From the IMG/VR virus record IMGVR_UViG_3300049144_000125, positions 1 through 38,636 of that record: a stretch of 38,636 nucleotides of DNA, one strand, 5' to 3'. The notes under the pieces were generated by a model. That model did no database searches and was not told where the DNA came from. It was given only the letters and a program-made list of their open reading frames with translations. Source of the stretch: a virus (Duplodnaviria > Caudoviricetes). Made by a program: the position numbers and the translations under genes. This document shows, piece by piece, positions 35,773-38,636 of the stretch; the stretch's first letter is position 1, and the number at the start of each line of letters is the position of its first letter.

Positions 35773-36102
35773 TTACCACTTCTCATCATCCCATTTTTTC
35801 TTTTTTGTTTGGCCAAAGACTCTGCCCTCCTTAACATTGTGATGATAAACGCATAACGTTTCCAAATTAGCCAACACAAGTGCCAACTGCGGATAATTTT
35901 CTATGCCATACTTATGGTCGACGTTGAGAACAATATCCTTTCGTTTACCTTCTTCTTTGATTGAATCAACAGTAACCTTCCCTTCTTTCTTGCACCATTG
36001 ACATTCAAAGTTATCTCTTACCAATGCCCGCTGCCTTAATGACTCCCAATCACCTGACCTATAGAACTTCTTCTTTTGTGCTTCTGTTTTGTACTCAGCC
36101 AT
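35773..36102 (-). CDS. Terminase-associated HNH endonuclease
   Basis: FYRSGDW..LR...L.RDNFECQWC, VDH, NLETLCVYHHN. Confidence 0.93.
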   Translation of the reverse strand: MAEYKTEAQKKKFYRSGDWESLRQRALVRDNFECQWCKKEGKVTVDSIKEEGKRKDIVLNVDHKYGIENYPQLALVLANLETLCVYHHNVKEGRVFGQTKKKKWDDEKW

Positions 36103-36256
36103 CAGTTATCTTAACTCCATCAACGAATATGTCCTCTTTATCCAAACGAATACTATACTCATCATTTTTAGCATCGTAATCAATGTAAGCAACACCATAG
36201 TCCGTAAGCAAAGCAATCACCTTTTCCTTTGCTGCTTCTTGAACTGTCTTTGACAT
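36095..36256 (-). CDS. Hypothetical 53-aa protein
   Basis: Below cutoff: MSKTVQEAAKEKVIALLTDYGVAYIDYDAKNDEYSIRLDKEDIFVDGVKITDG*; RBS AAGGAGTG; overlaps the HNH start. Confidence 0.72.
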   Translation of the reverse strand: MSKTVQEAAKEKVIALLTDYGVAYIDYDAKNDEYSIRLDKEDIFVDGVKITDG

Positions 36257-36357
36257 CCATACTCACTCCTTCTTAGTTATCTTATTAAGCCAATATACCT
36301 TTGTTTAGGTTTATTAATTAACATATAATTAGAATAAAAATAAAGGAGGAATGGCTT

Positions 36358-36609
36358 ATTAATTCTGAAATAAGAAAGCCCATAAACACTACCCTCAATT
36401 CTTATTTAAATAATAGACTCCATCATTTAGCTGATAATAGAAATATCCCCATTGAAAAGCTTTTGGATAAAGCTGTAGAACTTTTACTTGAGTATATGGA
36501 GAGCCATGATACTATTAGTGGACAGGTCAAGATAAGCAATGAATACACGATTAAAAAAAATAATGAAATGATTGAAAAAGGAAGAGATTTTATAAATAAA
36601 AAAATATAA
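36358..36609 (+). CDS. Ribbon-helix-helix (RHH_3-like) DNA-binding protein, apparent ATT start
   Basis: Open frame INSEIRKPINTTLNSYLNNRLHHLADNRNIPIEKLLDKAVELLLEY...; AAAGGAGG 8 nt upstream; sigmaA-like TTGTTT-N17-TATAAT at 36301-36329; hairpin at 36624-36652. Confidence 0.7.
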   Translation: MNSEIRKPINTTLNSYLNNRLHHLADNRNIPIEKLLDKAVELLLEYMESHDTISGQVKISNEYTIKKNNEMIEKGRDFINKKI

Positions 36610-36739
36610 CTTTTAAATAAAAGAAGCACTTGCCATTTAAGGTAAAGTGCTTATTTAAGTTGATTTGATTAAATCCATCTCTACACCTTCTTTCTCCATA
36701 AGAAAAAGCACCCTAAGAGGATGCTTGCATGACGATATT

Positions 36740-37159
36740 TCATTGAGTTAACAACTTAAATGCCTGTTCAACTTTATTTGTAAAACGCGGAATCCATGTA
36801 CTATTTGTATCACTCTTGTCAGTTAAAACAATTTTATCACCAGAGCTAAAGGAAATATTTAAAGTTTTTGGTTGATAAAGCTCCTGATACTTTAGCTCAA
36901 TAATACTAATCTGGTTATATTTTAGCACTTTAATATTAACTAAATCATTCTCTCCTTCATAAAAGATAATAACTTTGTCATTCATAAAATTATGAACCTC
37001 TAGTTTCTTATCGTTTACAAAGAGGTATTTGGGATAAAAAACTACAATATCCTCTTCTCTAACAAATTTCTCTATAACTGTGATCATATTATTAAAACGT
37101 TCATAGGCCTCACCTCGACTTGAAAAATCCTTGAATGCTTGTAAATTCATTTCTCTCAT
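36740..37159 (-). CDS. Hypothetical moron protein (DUF3908-like)
   Basis: ATG 37159 after AAAAGGGCGGTG; 139 aa with FYPKY.F and DTN..W; own promoter and terminator (36702-36726). The family call is from memory. Confidence 0.7.
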   Translation of the reverse strand: MREMNLQAFKDFSSRGEAYERFNNMITVIEKFVREEDIVVFYPKYLFVNDKKLEVHNFMNDKVIIFYEGENDLVNIKVLKYNQISIIELKYQELYQPKTLNISFSSGDKIVLTDKSDTNSTWIPRFTNKVEQAFKLLTQ

Positions 37160-37184
37160 ACTTTGCACCGCCCTTTTGTCTACT

Positions 37185-37213
37185 GATTTCGACAAAGGTA
37201 GATAAATTCCTGC
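37185..37213 (-). promoter_or_regulatory. Candidate sigmaH promoter
   Basis: GCAGGAATT-N11-GTCGAAATC, directly after a terminator (37217-37243). Confidence 0.6.
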
Positions 37214-37255
37214 AATAAAAAAGCACCCAGTAAATGAGTGCCTTCAAATTCTTAT

Positions 37256-37345
37256 TCAGTATCCAACTGTACCTGGATCAAGCTGTTTGGTTCCAACCGT
37301 ACCTGGATCTAAGTGTTTACTAGTAACTACTCCTGGATCTAACAT
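37256..37345 (-). CDS. 29-aa peptide made of three 10-aa repeats
   Basis: MLDPGVVTSKHLDPGTVGTKQLDPGTVGY*; RBS GGAGGT 6 nt upstream; 30-bp DNA periodicity with synonymous variation. Confidence 0.7.
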   Translation of the reverse strand: MLDPGVVTSKHLDPGTVGTKQLDPGTVGY

Positions 37346-37373
37346 ATCGGTTACCTCCGTAAATTTTTATTTA

Positions 37374-37628
37374 TTAATCTAAATCCCGTTTTAAGTCTTC
37401 AGGCACATGATCTAACAAAATAGAAATAATAAAGTTATACTGCCAAGGAGTAACATTGTCTCCTTTATTTTCTTCTAATTCTTTAATTAGTTTTTCCAAC
37501 GTTTCTCCCCACACTGGATATCTACCTTCATTATTAGCTTTTACTAGTAAATTTTTAGCAATGCTTAGAACCTGATAATATTCATTATCTTTTGCTGAGA
37601 TATCATAATCCTTTTGTTGATACGCCAT
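37374..37628 (-). CDS. Hypothetical 84-aa protein
   Basis: RBS GGAGG; second gene of a compact operon. Confidence 0.75.
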   Translation of the reverse strand: MAYQQKDYDISAKDNEYYQVLSIAKNLLVKANNEGRYPVWGETLEKLIKELEENKGDNVTPWQYNFIISILLDHVPEDLKRDLD

Positions 37629-37646
37629 TTATTACAGCCTCCATGG

Positions 37647-37871
37647 TTATTTTAATAGTTTAATTAAATTATTCTTTTGTTCCGAACTTAAATCGTGATT
37701 ACTTTTCAGCCATTCATGAACCAATTTATACATCCCATTGGGTTGTAATCCTATTTTTGTATCTCCATCACCTTGTTTATTCCCTATATCGACCTTTCCA
37801 TTTGTAGACACAATAAACCATGGTGAATCGGCATGATTATATTGACTTAAATCCTCTTTATTCCAACTCAC
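37647..37871 (-). CDS. Hypothetical 74-aa protein
   Basis: Perfect RBS AAGGAGGTGA then GTG. Confidence 0.78.
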   Translation of the reverse strand: MSWNKEDLSQYNHADSPWFIVSTNGKVDIGNKQGDGDTKIGLQPNGMYKLVHEWLKSNHDLSSEQKNNLIKLLK

Positions 37872-37894
37872 TTTATCACCTCCTTATGTCCTAT

Positions 37895-37923
37895 AAATTC
37901 GACAATAGAAGATGATTACCTTC
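37895..37923 (-). promoter_or_regulatory. Candidate sigmaH promoter
   Basis: GAAGGTAAT-N11-GTCGAATTT, again directly after a terminator-like hairpin (37933-37960). Confidence 0.55.
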
Positions 37924-37976
37924 TTTATCCATAAAAAGACGACACAATTTGAGTGCCGCCCCTTTTCTTTATTCTC

Positions 37977-37996
37977 GATGATATAAATTTATCATC
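37977..37996. promoter_or_regulatory. Inverted repeat in the probable late-promoter region
   Basis: GATGATA-TAAATT-TATCATC at the head of the minus-strand late gene block. Confidence 0.35.
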
Positions 37997-38117
37997 TTAT
38001 AAAGCTAATAACTTACACTAATTTTATAAATAAATTAGAAAAATTTTCTATGTTTTTTATCAATTACAATTTAAAATAGGTAATATGCAGTGCAATTAAT
38101 AGAAAGAAGGTTATTTT

Positions 38118-38636
38118 TTGAAAGAATTTCAATTCAATTTAAGAACACTTTTGATATGCTTATCATTACTACCTTTACCACCCGTCATAGGATTTTTATT
38201 AATAAAATTTGCCCATAAAGATTTTTCACTTTTGGGTCCATATGGTGATTTTTTTGCCGGAACTACCGTGCCAACACTTACTTTTATAAGCTTTTTAGCA
38301 ATTGTGATAACATTAAAAATGCAAAAAGAACAGCTTGAAATGCAAGGAAAGCAACTAGAAATGCAAAATGAAGAATTAAGGAATTCTATTGAGGAAATGA
38401 AGGCTACAAGAAAAGAATTTGTATTACAAAATCAGACTTTATCAATACAAAGATTTGAAAATACTTTTTTCCAAATGTTAAATTTACATAACGACATCGT
38501 GAATTCTCTGAATTTCAATTCTACTAATAGTGGAAGGAAAACATTCGAAAAATTCATGAATTCCTTAAAAACAACTTATTATAATAATTCATATAATAGT
38601 GAATTTAAATCGAAAGAAGAACTAACAAAAATAAGA
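38118..38636 (+). CDS. Putative phage abortive infection protein (putAbiC-like), 3' end outside window
   Basis: Not in ORF track. TTG 38118; two TM helices with G.YGDFFAG, coiled coil, then QRFENTFFQMLNLH...GRK.F signature. Confidence 0.8.
   Translation, partial: MKEFQFNLRTLLICLSLLPLPPVIGFLLIKFAHKDFSLLGPYGDFFAGTTVPTLTFISFLAIVITLKMQKEQLEMQGKQLEMQNEELRNSIEEMKATRKEFVLQNQTLSIQRFENTFFQMLNLHNDIVNSLNFNSTNSGRKTFEKFMNSLKTTYYNNSYNSEFKSKEELTKIR

Larger units (their letters stand above)
8249..38636 (-). mobile_element. Siphovirus-type prophage (late and accessory half) integrated at the glnA 3' end; continues past the window edge
   Basis: Ordered packaging-head-neck-tail-lysis module, att fragment and arm repeats. 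Confidence 0.95.

Noticed and set aside
36423-36629. 68-aa hydrophobic minus-strand ORF
   Set aside because: Antisense to the better supported RHH gene, which has promoter, RBS and family motif

Overview
Low-GC Bacillaceae-type chromosomal DNA. 1-8.2 kb is host or accessory sequence. It holds a PLP trans-sulfuration enzyme with a divergent GntR/FCD regulator, then single genes and gene remnants (DJ-1/PfpI, GNAT, alpha/beta hydrolase, vanadium haloperoxidase/PAP2) separated by a conserved ~30-bp imperfect palindrome, then a secreted bacteriocin-like gene with a small membrane partner, and a decayed endolysin tail. From ~8250 to the window end lies the late half of a siphovirus-type prophage read mostly on the minus strand. 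Its end is marked by a detached copy of the last 18 codons of glnA (att site) and three arm-type repeats. The prophage carries HNH-terS-terL-portal-Clp protease-HK97 capsid-neck-tail genes (with an A AAA AAG -1 frameshift chaperone), TMP, Dit, a BppU/beta-helix protein and a Tal-like protein, plus a lysis cassette whose endolysin is frameshifted. Accessory genes include a membrane protein-FtsK-Replic_Relax operon behind a sigmaE-like promoter, an AT3 O-acyltransferase and a HEPN-like gene inside the tail module, sigmaH-like promoter-driven small genes (one a 29-aa tri-repeat peptide), and a putAbiC-like gene at the right edge. Integrase, immunity and replication genes and intact glnA are expected beyond the right edge. 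All family assignments come from motif recognition by eye, not database searches.
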